Below are positions 16,580 to 26,712 of a DNA stretch of 64,000 nt, one piece after another. The stretch is from an uncultured bacterium (GTDB lineage Bacteria > SAR324 > NAC60-12), in NCBI GenBank assembly GCA_965662235.1, contig CBFIGY010000016.1, forward strand, positions 1 to 64,000, given 5' to 3'. Under the pieces are notes generated by a model. It had not been told where the DNA came from. It was given only the letters and a program-made list of their open reading frames with translations, and did not search any database. The position numbers were made by a program, and so were the translations under genes. How positions within the stretch are numbered: position 1 is the stretch's first letter; the number at the start of each line of letters is the position of its first letter.

Positions 16580-19306
16580 ATGCCCACGCTCTTTGCCATT
16601 GACTCCATGGCCGTGTTGTACCGCGGTTACTTTGCCATGATCCGCAATCCGCTGATCAACTCCAAGGGGCTCAACACGAGCGGCATCCGGGCCGTCTTGA
16701 TGCAGATCATCAAGATCATTGAAGAGGAGAAGCCCGAGTACCTCGCGGTGGCTTCTGATTCCAGCGAGCCCACCTTCCGGCATGAGCGCTTTCCCGCGTA
16801 CAAGGCCACCCGCGAGAAGATGCCTGACGACCTAGTGGCTCAGCTCCCTTACCTGCCCCGTCTGGTGGAAGCTCTGCAGCTGCCCTACCTCATCCTTCCC
16901 GGATACGAAGCCGACGACCTGATTGGCACGTTGATGCGCTGGTGCCTAGAAGCTGAACTCCATGGGGTGATGGTGACGAGTGATAAGGATTATCTGCAAC
17001 TGGTCTCAAACACAACCGAAATCCTGAACCACAACGGCGAACGCTTGGGGCTGCAGGCCGTTCAGGAACGCTTTGGGGGAACACCAGCCCAGGTCATTGA
17101 GGTGTTGGGACTCATGGGCGACACCTCCGACAACATTCCTGGTGTTCGTGGAGTCGGTGAAAAAACTGCAGTGAAGCTCATCCAAGAATACGGCAGCATC
17201 GCCGGAGTCTATGAGCACCTGGATCAGATCAAGGGAAAGCTGCAGGAGAAGCTCCGGGAGGGAGAGGCCGATGCCTGGCTTTCACGGGAACTGGTCACGA
17301 TTCATCAGGAAGTTCCCATTCCAGCCAAACTCGAAGACCTTCACCTGGGGCAAACGAACCTCTACGACAACCCGGACTTTCATGCCCTCCTTGAGGAACT
17401 GGAGTTCCACACCCTCCTCAAGCGGTTTCAGAAGAAGTCGAGCCCGTCTGCGCCCGCCAGTGCTGCGCCCGCGCCCCGGACGCCTCCACCTCCGGAACCT
17501 GTTGAGGAGCCTCAGACGCCGCTGCAGGCAGAGGTTCAGCGTCTGGAAACGCCGGAGGCCCTGCAGCAACTGGTCGCCTCCCTGCCGCCTGAAACGCCTG
17601 TGGCTCTGGCAGCGGTGTTTTCTGGAGAGCACCAGCTGGATGGCGCCTTGACCGGTGTGGCCTTCTGCACGGAAGACGCCCGAGCCCATGTGGTGGAAGC
17701 CCCCGAGGGGTCAGCGTGGCAGCAGGCGCTTCAGGCCTTCTTTTCCAGTGAGGTGCCCAAGGCGGTTCACGACAGCAAACGCCTCCGGCATGGACTGCGG
17801 GCATCCGGTTATGAGCTGAACGGAGTCCGGTTTGATGCTCTGATTGCCGCGCACCTTGTTGATCCGCTGGAGCGCAAGTTTGACCTGGATCGCCTGATTG
17901 GACGGCGTCTTCACAAAACCCGGACGCCCGCAGAGCCGGCGCCTCAGGAACAGCAGTTGGAGCTGCTCCCAACTGCAGATCCGGGGGTTGCCAAGCGACT
18001 GGCAGAAGACGCAGTTGCCCTCCGGGAGCTTGAGCAGGCTCTGCGGCCTCAGCTGCAGCAGACCGGGCAACTGGCCCTGTTTGAGCAGATTGAGCTCCCT
18101 CTGGCCGAAGTGCTCGCTCGGATGGAGTGGGAAGGGGTGGCGTTGGATGTCGCTGGGCTGCAGGAGATTTCCCAAGAGTTTGATGCCCGCTTGGAGGCCT
18201 TCCGGACGCGTCTTCACGAACTGGCCGGGGCGCCGTTCAACGTCAACTCGGTCCCGGAACTGCAGTCGGTGCTTTATGAGAAGCTCAAGCTGCACGAACG
18301 GTTCAAGGTCAAACCCAAGAAGATCAAGATTGGCTTGGGGCTCTCCACAGATGAGGAGACGCTGGAAAAGCTGGCGCAGCATGAACTGCCCCGGACCTTG
18401 CTGGAGTACCGTGGCATCAACAAGCTCAAGAGCACCTACGTGGACCAGCTGCCCACATACGTCCATGCCTCTTCCGGACACATTCACACGACCTTCAACC
18501 AGGCCGCGACAGCCACCGGGCGCCTTTCTTCCGACAGTCCCAATCTGCAAAATATCCCCATCCGGACCGAAGAGGGGCGCCGCGTCCGGCGAGCGTTTGT
18601 CCCTTCCGGACCGGGGCGTGTGTTGATTTCAGCAGACTACAGTCAGATTGAGCTGCGGGTGGTGGCCCATTATTCCAAAGACCCCACCTTCCTGGCTGCG
18701 TACCGAGATGGGCTCGACATTCATGCCCTCACGGCGGCGGCGATCTTTGAGGTTCCGGAAGCAGAGGTCTCGCGAGAGATGCGTTCTGCTGCCAAGGAGG
18801 TCAACTTTGGCCTCATCTACCGCATGGGCGCAGACCGGCTCGCGCTGGTGACCGGACGTCCCAAGAGCGAGGCCAAGGCCTTCATTGAGCGTTACTTCCA
18901 GCGCTACAGCACCATTCACGCCCTGCAGGAGCACTTCTTGGAGAGGGCTCGCAAGGAAGGGTTTGCTCAGACGCTGCTTGGACGCCGCCGGCCTCTTCCG
19001 GAAATCAATGGCCGGGGCCTCGCCAAAAGTCTAGCGGAGGGCGGAGCCGTGAACACGCCGATCCAGGGCTCAGCGGCAGAGATCATCAAGCTGGCCATGC
19101 TGGCCATTGACCGGAGGCTTCAGGAGGAGCAGCTTCGGTCGACAATGGTTCTGTCGGTTCATGATGAGATTGTGCTGGATGCGTTTGAGGACGAGGCAGA
19201 AGAGGTGCAGCGGCTGGTGAAGGAAGAGATGGAGCAGGTGCTCCTTCTCGAGGTGCCGCTGGTGGCCGAAGTCGGCAAAGGCGCCAACTGGCTGGAAGCC
19301 CATTAG
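16580..19306 (+). CDS. polA: DNA polymerase I
   Basis: 5'-3' exonuclease (YKATR, EADD, GDTSDNIPGV); polymerase motifs TGRLSS.PNLQNIP, ADYSQIELR, VHDE; ends NWLEAH. Confidence 0.98.
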   Translation: MPTLFAIDSMAVLYRGYFAMIRNPLINSKGLNTSGIRAVLMQIIKIIEEEKPEYLAVASDSSEPTFRHERFPAYKATREKMPDDLVAQLPYLPRLVEALQLPYLILPGYEADDLIGTLMRWCLEAELHGVMVTSDKDYLQLVSNTTEILNHNGERLGLQAVQERFGGTPAQVIEVLGLMGDTSDNIPGVRGVGEKTAVKLIQEYGSIAGVYEHLDQIKGKLQEKLREGEADAWLSRELVTIHQEVPIPAKLEDLHLGQTNLYDNPDFHALLEELEFHTLLKRFQKKSSPSAPASAAPAPRTPPPPEPVEEPQTPLQAEVQRLETPEALQQLVASLPPETPVALAAVFSGEHQLDGALTGVAFCTEDARAHVVEAPEGSAWQQALQAFFSSEVPKAVHDSKRLRHGLRASGYELNGVRFDALIAAHLVDPLERKFDLDRLIGRRLHKTRTPAEPAPQEQQLELLPTADPGVAKRLAEDAVALRELEQALRPQLQQTGQLALFEQIELPLAEVLARMEWEGVALDVAGLQEISQEFDARLEAFRTRLHELAGAPFNVNSVPELQSVLYEKLKLHERFKVKPKKIKIGLGLSTDEETLEKLAQHELPRTLLEYRGINKLKSTYVDQLPTYVHASSGHIHTTFNQAATATGRLSSDSPNLQNIPIRTEEGRRVRRAFVPSGPGRVLISADYSQIELRVVAHYSKDPTFLAAYRDGLDIHALTAAAIFEVPEAEVSREMRSAAKEVNFGLIYRMGADRLALVTGRPKSEAKAFIERYFQRYSTIHALQEHFLERARKEGFAQTLLGRRRPLPEINGRGLAKSLAEGGAVNTPIQGSAAEIIKLAMLAIDRRLQEEQLRSTMVLSVHDEIVLDAFEDEAEEVQRLVKEEMEQVLLLEVPLVAEVGKGANWLEAH

Positions 19307-19353
19307 GCGGTTTCCGGAAGAACTGTTTTAACCAACCTGATACAGGAACCCCC

Positions 19354-20265
19354 ATGCAAGCAGAGTGTGTTGTCGATTGCCGTTGCATGCTCGGAGAGGG
19401 CATCATCTGGGACGCTGAGTCTCAGCGGCTGTGGTGGGTGGACATCCCCCTCCCACATCCCCGGATTCACTGCTGGGACCCCGCTTCTGGCGAGCACCAG
19501 CAGTGGGAGATGCCGGAAATGGTCGGGTCACTGGCGGTTTGTCCCGATGGCACTCTGTTGGTGGCATCGCATCATGGGCTCAACCGCTTTCATCCGGAGC
19601 AGGGGAGGTTGGAGCGTCTGAGTCAGCCGGAAGCGCACCTGCCCCAAAACCGGGCCAATGACGGCAAGTGCGACCCGCGCGGACGGTTTTGGTTTGGCAC
19701 CATGCAGAACAACATTGGGCCGTCCGGAGAAGATCTTCCGCTCACGCAGTCCTCCGGAACGCTGTACCGCGTTGACGGCGACGGTCGCGTGCATCCTGTG
19801 GTCTCGGACGTTGCCATCTCGAACTCGCTGTGCTGGAGTCCGGACGGCACCATCCTGTACTTCAGCGACACGGTCAGTGGCTGGATTGAGGCCTTCGACT
19901 TTGACCTCGATTCTGGCACCGTCTCGGGGCGCCGGAAGTTTGCCTCAGCATCAGGGAAGGGGGTTCCAGATGGAGCCACCACAGACACCGCTGGCGGAGT
20001 GTGGAGCTGCCGCTGGGGCGGGGGGCAGGTGTTGCGGTTTGATGCCGCTGGCCAGGAAGACCGGTCGGTTGCCTTGCCCGCCCTGAACGTCACCTGTGCC
20101 ACCTTTGGGGGACCAAACCTGGACACGCTTTATGTGACGACTTCCCGGCAGGCGACTCCGGCGGAGGTGCTGGAAGCCCATCCCACGATTGGGGGCATCT
20201 TTGCGGTGAAGCCGGGCTTTACGGGTCAGGCGACTCCTCGTTTCCGAGAAGCGCCGGCTTCCTGA
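19354..20265 (+). CDS. SMP-30/gluconolactonase family protein
   Basis: LGEGIIW, RANDGKCDPRGRFWFGTM, ISNSLCWSPDG, PDG, TFGG. Confidence 0.92.
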   Translation: MQAECVVDCRCMLGEGIIWDAESQRLWWVDIPLPHPRIHCWDPASGEHQQWEMPEMVGSLAVCPDGTLLVASHHGLNRFHPEQGRLERLSQPEAHLPQNRANDGKCDPRGRFWFGTMQNNIGPSGEDLPLTQSSGTLYRVDGDGRVHPVVSDVAISNSLCWSPDGTILYFSDTVSGWIEAFDFDLDSGTVSGRRKFASASGKGVPDGATTDTAGGVWSCRWGGGQVLRFDAAGQEDRSVALPALNVTCATFGGPNLDTLYVTTSRQATPAEVLEAHPTIGGIFAVKPGFTGQATPRFREAPAS

Positions 20266-20372
20266 GGGCCGTGCGTTGCTTGGTTTTTCACATGGGCTTG
20301 TGTATCCTGCCCATCGGTCCTCTGAGTGCTTCAGAGGCGATTGCTGAAAACTGATCGGCTTTAGGAGATTCC

Positions 20373-20972
20373 ATGCTGATGCGTTTGCTTGTGCTGCTGC
20401 TGCTGCCAACCACCGTGTGGGCACAGGGCATTCTGGAAACCGAATCCATCCGCCAGCGTCTCTTTGACCGGATTGGCAACCGGGACACGCAGTCGGTGGT
20501 TCCGGAAATGCTGGAAGGCACCCTGGGACGAGTCACGGATTCTGAGAGCGTTTGGGTTCGGATTGATGACCGTGGCGAGTTCCGGAAGTGGACCTACAAG
20601 CTCTCCAAGAGCAGCCTCAGTCTGCCTCGTCAAGAGATTCGGGTGTGGCTGAAACACGTCTCCCCCGACCGTTCCATCAGTCACGGCAAGGAGTACAACG
20701 AGTGGTTCAAGAAGAAGGCAGCGTTTGAGCTGGGCAAGACCTTCTACAACCGCCACGTCCGGGTTGCCTATGACTACTCGGAGGTCACCTACCGTCTCAC
20801 CGGCATGGTTTGGTCGGGGCGGGAGAGCCTGAACCTCTGGCTGGTGAAAAACGGTTGGTCGTTCTACCTGCTTGCCGAAGAGCCCCCTCCGGAGCACGGC
20901 GACTTCCTAGCGGCTGAGAAGGAGGCTCAGCGGGCGCAGATTGGGCTCTGGAAACCTGAGTTGCAGAAGTGA
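20373..20972 (+). CDS. Exported thermonuclease (SNase)-fold protein, catalytic motifs divergent
   Basis: Signal peptide; SLNLWLVKNGWS and AEKEAQRAQIGLW match the SNase C-terminal signature. Confidence 0.7.
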   Translation: MLMRLLVLLLLPTTVWAQGILETESIRQRLFDRIGNRDTQSVVPEMLEGTLGRVTDSESVWVRIDDRGEFRKWTYKLSKSSLSLPRQEIRVWLKHVSPDRSISHGKEYNEWFKKKAAFELGKTFYNRHVRVAYDYSEVTYRLTGMVWSGRESLNLWLVKNGWSFYLLAEEPPPEHGDFLAAEKEAQRAQIGLWKPELQK

Positions 20973-21143
20973 CCGCGGTTTTCCGGAGGGCTCTTTTGCC
21001 CAGATTCAAGGATTTCAATTGAACCTTTTTCTGCATTTGAGTAAATCATTGTGCTTGCTTGATGCAGTCTTTGTGTTGAGTCACCTGAATTTTTCCCTCC
21101 GAACTACCCCAGTTCGGGTCCAAATATCTTCAAGGAGAGATCG

Positions 21144-22145
21144 ATGAGAAAAATCATCTCAGGTTTGTTATGTGCTGGGGCGCTGGCGCTTTCTGCCTCC
21201 ACTGCCGTTGCCATGAAGCCGGCTGTGCTGTTCGACATGGGTGGCAAGTTTGACAAATCCTTCAACGAGGGAATCTGGAACGGTGTGGAGCAGTTCCGCA
21301 AAGAGACAGGCATCAAGTACCGTGAGTTTGAGGTGCAGCAGGAAGCCCAGCGGGAACAGTTTCTGCGCAAGCTCGCAGAGCGTTCTGATACGGTGATCGC
21401 CGTGGGCTTCGGTCAGGCACCGGCGCTGGAAAAGGTGGCCCCGGAGTTCCCGAACGTCAAGTTCAGCATCATCGACATGGTGGTGGACCTGCCGAACGTG
21501 CAATCCATTGTCTTCAAGGAGCATGAAGGGTCCTTCCTCGTGGGGGCACTCGCAGCCATGAAGAGCTCCTCCGGGAAAGTTGGCTTTGTCGGGGGCATGG
21601 ACATTCCGCTCATCCGCAAGTTTGCCTGTGGCTACGCTCAGGGCGTGAAGCACATCAACAGTGGCGCGACCGTTTACTCGAAGATGACGGGCACCACCCC
21701 GGCGGCTTGGAACGATCCGACCCGTGGTGGCGAGCTCGCCAAGAGCATGTATGACAGTGGCGCCGATGTGGTCTACGCGGCAGCTGGTGGCACCGGACTG
21801 GGAGTCCTGCAAGCGGCGGCAGACAACGACAAGCTCGCCATTGGCGTGGACAGCAACCAGAACCACCTGCAGCCCGGATACGTTCTGACCTCCATGCTCA
21901 AGCGTGTGGACGTGGCTGCCTATGAAGTCTTCCGGACCGCCAACCAAGGCACCTGGAAGCCGGGCATCAAGGTTCTGGGCCTCGCTGAAGACGGCGTGGG
22001 CTGGGCACTGGATGAGAATAATGCCAGCTTGGTGAGCGACTCCATGCGAGACCAAGTGGATCAGATCCGCCGGGACATCATTACCGGAAAAATTGCGGTG
22101 CACGACTACATGGCAGACAACAACTGCCCTGTTGCCACCGAGTAA
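21144..22145 (+). CDS. BMP family (nucleoside) ABC transporter substrate-binding protein
   Basis: GGKFDKSFN, FKEHEGSFLVG, GFVGGMDIP, AIGVDSNQ, TSMLKRVD. Confidence 0.94.
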   Translation: MRKIISGLLCAGALALSASTAVAMKPAVLFDMGGKFDKSFNEGIWNGVEQFRKETGIKYREFEVQQEAQREQFLRKLAERSDTVIAVGFGQAPALEKVAPEFPNVKFSIIDMVVDLPNVQSIVFKEHEGSFLVGALAAMKSSSGKVGFVGGMDIPLIRKFACGYAQGVKHINSGATVYSKMTGTTPAAWNDPTRGGELAKSMYDSGADVVYAAAGGTGLGVLQAAADNDKLAIGVDSNQNHLQPGYVLTSMLKRVDVAAYEVFRTANQGTWKPGIKVLGLAEDGVGWALDENNASLVSDSMRDQVDQIRRDIITGKIAVHDYMADNNCPVATE

Positions 22146-22200
22146 TCCTCCATTCGGCCGGGAGTCATCCCGGCCTTCCTAACTTCCTGCCGGCAGCTTC

Positions 22201-23139
22201 ATGCCTCGTCAAATCATCATTGATACCGATCCGGGACAGGACGACGCCCTGGCGATCCTCTTGGCCCTGGCCAGTCCGGAAGAGCTGGACGTGCGCGGCA
22301 TTGTCACGGTGGCCGGAAACGTTCCTCTGCCCCTGACCTCTCGCAATGCTCGTGCGCTTGTGGAGCTGGCTGGACGTCCGGAAGTCCCGGTTTTTGCCGG
22401 CTGCCCTCGTCCCCTCATGCGCCCGCTGGTCACGGCAGAGTACGTGCACGGAAAGACCGGCCTAGACGGCTGGGAGGTCCCGGAACCGTCCATACCGCTG
22501 CAAACGCAGCACGGGGTGGATTGGTTGATCGAAACGCTGCTGGCCGCAGAAGACGATTCCATCACCCTCTGCACTCTGGCACCTCTGACCAACGTGGGGA
22601 TGGCCATTGCGAAGGCACCAGAGATCCTTCCCAAGATCCGGGAAATTGTTGCCATGGGCGGTGGCTTCTTTGAAGGCGGAAACATCACGCCGGTAGCCGA
22701 GTTCAACATCTACGTGGACCCGCATGCCGCGCAGGCGGTGTTCAGCTGCGGGCGCCCCCTGACGGTGATGCCGCTGGATGTGACCCATCAGGCGCTCATG
22801 CCCAAGCCATGGCTGCAGGCCTTGAAGGAACTGGACTCGGCTGTCGGCCGGGCCACCAATGGGATGCTGACGTTTTATGAACGCTTTGACGTCAACAAGT
22901 ACGGCAGTTCCGGAGGACCGTTGCATGATCCAACCGTCATTGCCTACCTGCTGCAGCCGGAGCTCTTCTCAGGGAAGACCGTGAACGTCACCGTCGAGAC
23001 GGCCTCGGAGTTGACGATGGGCATGACCGTTGTGGACTGGTGGGGCGTTACCGACCGTTCAGCCAATGCGCAGGTCATGAACCAGATCGACGCCGATGGC
23101 TTCTTCTCCCTCCTGCTTGAGCGGCTGGCCCGCCTCTGA
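22201..23139 (+). CDS. Nucleoside hydrolase (IUNH family)
   Basis: DTDPGQDDA, VHGKTGL, AEFNIYVDPHAA, LHDP. Confidence 0.95.
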   Translation: MPRQIIIDTDPGQDDALAILLALASPEELDVRGIVTVAGNVPLPLTSRNARALVELAGRPEVPVFAGCPRPLMRPLVTAEYVHGKTGLDGWEVPEPSIPLQTQHGVDWLIETLLAAEDDSITLCTLAPLTNVGMAIAKAPEILPKIREIVAMGGGFFEGGNITPVAEFNIYVDPHAAQAVFSCGRPLTVMPLDVTHQALMPKPWLQALKELDSAVGRATNGMLTFYERFDVNKYGSSGGPLHDPTVIAYLLQPELFSGKTVNVTVETASELTMGMTVVDWWGVTDRSANAQVMNQIDADGFFSLLLERLARL

Positions 23140-23144
23140 TTGCC

Positions 23145-24668
23145 ATGCCTGCCATTGAACTCCGTCACATCCACAAGCGCTTTGGCGCAGTTCAGGCGAA
23201 CCAGGACGTCAACCTGTCGATTGAAGCCGGCACCATTCACGGCATCATCGGAGAAAACGGGGCGGGTAAATCGACCCTGATGAGCATCCTCTACGGCTTC
23301 TATCAGGCGGATTCCGGCGAAATCCTTGTCCACGACACCCCCACTCGCATCACGTCCTCCCAAGACGCCATCCGCGCCGGCATTGGCATGGTGCATCAGC
23401 ACTTCATGCTCGTCGACCCCTTCACGGTGCTGGAAAATGTGATCCTAGGCGCAGAGTCCGGCTTTTCCTTGGATCACTCCTTGCGCACCGCCCGTACCGC
23501 CCTCATGCGCCTGGAAAAGGAATATGGGCTGGAAGTGGACCTCAACGCGCAGGTGGACAAACTGCCGGTGGGGCTGCAGCAGCGGGTGGAGATCCTCAAG
23601 GCGCTCTATCGAGGCGCAGATATCCTGATTCTGGATGAACCCACCGGCGTCCTCACACCGCAGGAAGCCGATGAGCTGTTCCGGATTCTCGCGGAGCTCC
23701 GGAAGCAGGGAAAGACGATTGTCCTGATCACCCACAAGCTCCGGGAGATCATGGCGATCACGGACTCGGTTTCTGTCATGCGTCAAGGGGAAATGGTCGC
23801 CCATCGCAAGACCGCGGAAACCCACCAAGAGGAGCTTGCCGAGCTGATGGTCGGTCGTAAGGTGCTTCTGCAGCTGGACAAGCAGCCGTCGAAGCCACGT
23901 ACCACCGTGTTGCGGGTGGACCGACTCTCGGTGACAGGAGACGACGGAGTCAAGCGCGTCAAGGACGTCAGCTTCGAAGTCCGGGCTGGCGAAATTGTCG
24001 GCATTGCTGGAGTCTCCGGAAACGGTCAGTCTGAGCTGCTGGAAGCGATTACGGGCATTCAGCCCATTCAGTCCGGAAGCCTGGAGCTTTCAGGAACACT
24101 GATCGACGCTTCACACGGCCTCACTCCAGCAGACATGCGGCAGCTGGGCATGGCGCATGTGCCAGAAGACCGGCAACGGATGGGGCTGGTGACGGCGTTT
24201 CCGGCCTACGAAAACGCGATTCTGGGCTATCACCACGATGCGCGTTTCAATGGGACCGTGGAGATGGATCAGGGGCAGCTGCTGGCCGCATGTCGGCAGC
24301 AAATGGACGACTACGATGTCCGTCCCCGAGACCCGAACCTCCGGGTCAGCCTCATGTCCGGAGGCAACCAGCAGAAGCTGGTGGTGGCGCGTGAAATGGG
24401 GCGCGATCCGGATTTGCTGGTGGTGGGGCAACCGACCCGTGGAGTGGACATTGGTGCGATTGAGTTCATTCACAAACAGATCCTAGCGATGCGAGACGCC
24501 GAAAAGGCCGTTTTGCTGGTGTCAGTGGAACTCGATGAAATCCTCTCCCTCAGTGACCGCATCTTGGTGATGTTTGATGGGCGCTTGATGGGAGAAATGA
24601 GGGCGGCTGAAGCCGACGAACGACGCATTGGACTGCTCATGGCCGGCATCCAGGAGGAGGGCGCATGA
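23145..24668 (+). CDS. Nucleoside/sugar ABC transporter ATPase (two ABC domains)
   Basis: [34 protein letters not shown]. Confidence 0.95.
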   Translation: MPAIELRHIHKRFGAVQANQDVNLSIEAGTIHGIIGENGAGKSTLMSILYGFYQADSGEILVHDTPTRITSSQDAIRAGIGMVHQHFMLVDPFTVLENVILGAESGFSLDHSLRTARTALMRLEKEYGLEVDLNAQVDKLPVGLQQRVEILKALYRGADILILDEPTGVLTPQEADELFRILAELRKQGKTIVLITHKLREIMAITDSVSVMRQGEMVAHRKTAETHQEELAELMVGRKVLLQLDKQPSKPRTTVLRVDRLSVTGDDGVKRVKDVSFEVRAGEIVGIAGVSGNGQSELLEAITGIQPIQSGSLELSGTLIDASHGLTPADMRQLGMAHVPEDRQRMGLVTAFPAYENAILGYHHDARFNGTVEMDQGQLLAACRQQMDDYDVRPRDPNLRVSLMSGGNQQKLVVAREMGRDPDLLVVGQPTRGVDIGAIEFIHKQILAMRDAEKAVLLVSVELDEILSLSDRILVMFDGRLMGEMRAAEADERRIGLLMAGIQEEGA

Positions 24669-25759
24669 GCGAACGTTCTGCCAACATTTTGCTGGTGACC
24701 CTGATCACGCTGGGCAACCTGTTCCTGGCCTTCTTTGTCTCAGGCATCATCGTCTGGTCGGTGGGAGAGAATCCGCTGACGGCGCTGGAGGTCCTGCTCT
24801 ATGGCGCCTTCGGGTACTCCGGAGGAGTGGGCTACACGCTTTATTACAGCACCAACTACATCTTCACGGGATTGGCCTTTGCCATTGCCTTCCACGCCCG
24901 CCTGTTCAACATCGGTGCCGAAGGACAGGCGTACATTGGGGGATTGGGCGTGGGGCTGGTGTGCCTGGCTACGGACACGCTTCCGTTCATTGTGATCCTG
25001 CCCCTAGCCATGATTGGGGCCGTGGTGTTTGGCGGACTCTGGGGGGCGATTCCAGGGTGGCTTCAGGCGCGTCGTGGCAGCCACGTGGTGATCACAACGA
25101 TCATGTTCAACTTCATTGCCAGCTCCTTGATGATCTGGCTCCTCAGTGAAGTCCTCATCAAGCCTGGGCAGATGTCTCCTGAGACCCGGGAGGTGCTGCC
25201 CAACGCGTGGATTCCGCAGCTGCATGAGTGGTTTGGGGACTGGGGCATGAGCCGTTCACCGCTGAATGCGAGCTTCTTCTGGGCGCTGCTGTGCTGCGTC
25301 TTTGTGTGGCGCTTCATCTGGCACACACGCTGGGGATACGAGCTCCGGACGGTAGGTGCCAATGAGACGGCTGCTGTGTACGGCGGCATCAATGTGCCCC
25401 GGAACCTGATCATTGCCATGACGCTTTCCGGAGCCCTAGCAGGGTTCGTGGGGCTGAATGAGATCATGGGAGTGCAGCACCGCATCCTCCTCAACTTTCA
25501 GCTGGGATACGGCTTCACCGGGATTGCAGTGGCCCTGATTGGTCGGAATCACCCCCTCGGCGTGCTGCTGGCGTCCATTCTGTTTGGGGCGCTCTATCAG
25601 GGGGGCGCGGAGTTGGCGTTTGAAATGGACAAGATCGACACCCACATGGTGGTGCTCATTCAGGCGCTGGTGATCCTGTTTGCCGGCGCTTTGGAAAACC
25701 TCTTCAAGCCGCAGCTAGAGGCCTTGGTCAAGCGGTGGACTCATTCGTCGGTGGCGTGA
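24665..25759 (+). CDS. Nucleoside ABC transporter permease
   Basis: LFNIGAEGQ, VVITTIMFN, GFTGIAVALIG; multiple TM helices. Confidence 0.93.
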   Translation: MSERSANILLVTLITLGNLFLAFFVSGIIVWSVGENPLTALEVLLYGAFGYSGGVGYTLYYSTNYIFTGLAFAIAFHARLFNIGAEGQAYIGGLGVGLVCLATDTLPFIVILPLAMIGAVVFGGLWGAIPGWLQARRGSHVVITTIMFNFIASSLMIWLLSEVLIKPGQMSPETREVLPNAWIPQLHEWFGDWGMSRSPLNASFFWALLCCVFVWRFIWHTRWGYELRTVGANETAAVYGGINVPRNLIIAMTLSGALAGFVGLNEIMGVQHRILLNFQLGYGFTGIAVALIGRNHPLGVLLASILFGALYQGGAELAFEMDKIDTHMVVLIQALVILFAGALENLFKPQLEALVKRWTHSSVA

Positions 25760-26712
25760 TGTGGCATGAAATTCTCCTCGTCTTGGATGCAACCCTGCGG
25801 GTATCGGTGCCGTTGATCTTTGCGGCGATGGGGGGCATCTTTGCGGAGCGTTCCGGAGTGATCGACTTTGGACTGGAAGGGAAGATGCTCGCAGGCGCTT
25901 TTGTTGCCGCAGCAGTGGCGCATGTCACACAGTCGGCCTGGATGGGCGTCTTGGGGGCCATCAGCATTGGCGTGGCGCTTTCGATGGTGCATGGCTTGGT
26001 GAGCGTCACCAAGTCCGGAAACCAGGTGGTTTCATGCGTGGCCATCAATGAAGTGGCCCGAGGCCTGACGGTGGTCCTAGCGGTGTGGTGGTTCTCTCAA
26101 GGAGGAAAAACGCCGCAGTTGCCCAAGGAAGCCCGCTTCATGGCGCTGGACCTTCCGTTTGCTGAAGAAGCCCGCTCCATTCCGGTGCTAGGAGAAGTCT
26201 ATGCGGAGTTGCTCAGCGGGCACAACATCCTCGTGTACCTGTCGTTCCTCTGTGTGCCGCTGACGGCCTGGGTGCTCTATCAGACGCGTTTTGGGCTGCG
26301 GTTGCGGGCAACCGGGGAAAATCCCTTGGCTGTGGACACAGCTGGAATCTCGGTGCAGGGAATGCGGTACCGTGCCTTGATGATCAATGGCGTGCTGGGG
26401 GGGCTCTCAGGCGCCTACCTGTCTACGGCGCAGATCGCCTTCTTTGCCAAAGACATGTCCGCAGGCAAGGGGTACTTTGCTCTGGCGGCCATGATCTTTG
26501 GCAAGTGGCGCCCATCCACGGCTCTGTTGGCGTGCTTGCTGTTCGCATTTCTGGACGCGTGGGGGAATCGGTTGCAGGGAACTCCCGGAGTTCCAGTCGC
26601 CCTCATTCAAGCCTTACCTTATGTGCTTACCGTTGTCTTGCTGGCAGGATTTGTCGGAAAAGCCGTTGCTCCCCAGGCGATTGGAGAGCCTTTTGTCAAG
26701 GAACGTAAATGA
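25759..26712 (+). CDS. Nucleoside ABC transporter permease
   Basis: ERSGVIDFGLEG, GLRLRATGENP, LAAMIFGKWRP, LPYVLT; ATG overlaps the upstream stop. Confidence 0.93.
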   Translation: MWHEILLVLDATLRVSVPLIFAAMGGIFAERSGVIDFGLEGKMLAGAFVAAAVAHVTQSAWMGVLGAISIGVALSMVHGLVSVTKSGNQVVSCVAINEVARGLTVVLAVWWFSQGGKTPQLPKEARFMALDLPFAEEARSIPVLGEVYAELLSGHNILVYLSFLCVPLTAWVLYQTRFGLRLRATGENPLAVDTAGISVQGMRYRALMINGVLGGLSGAYLSTAQIAFFAKDMSAGKGYFALAAMIFGKWRPSTALLACLLFAFLDAWGNRLQGTPGVPVALIQALPYVLTVVLLAGFVGKAVAPQAIGEPFVKERK

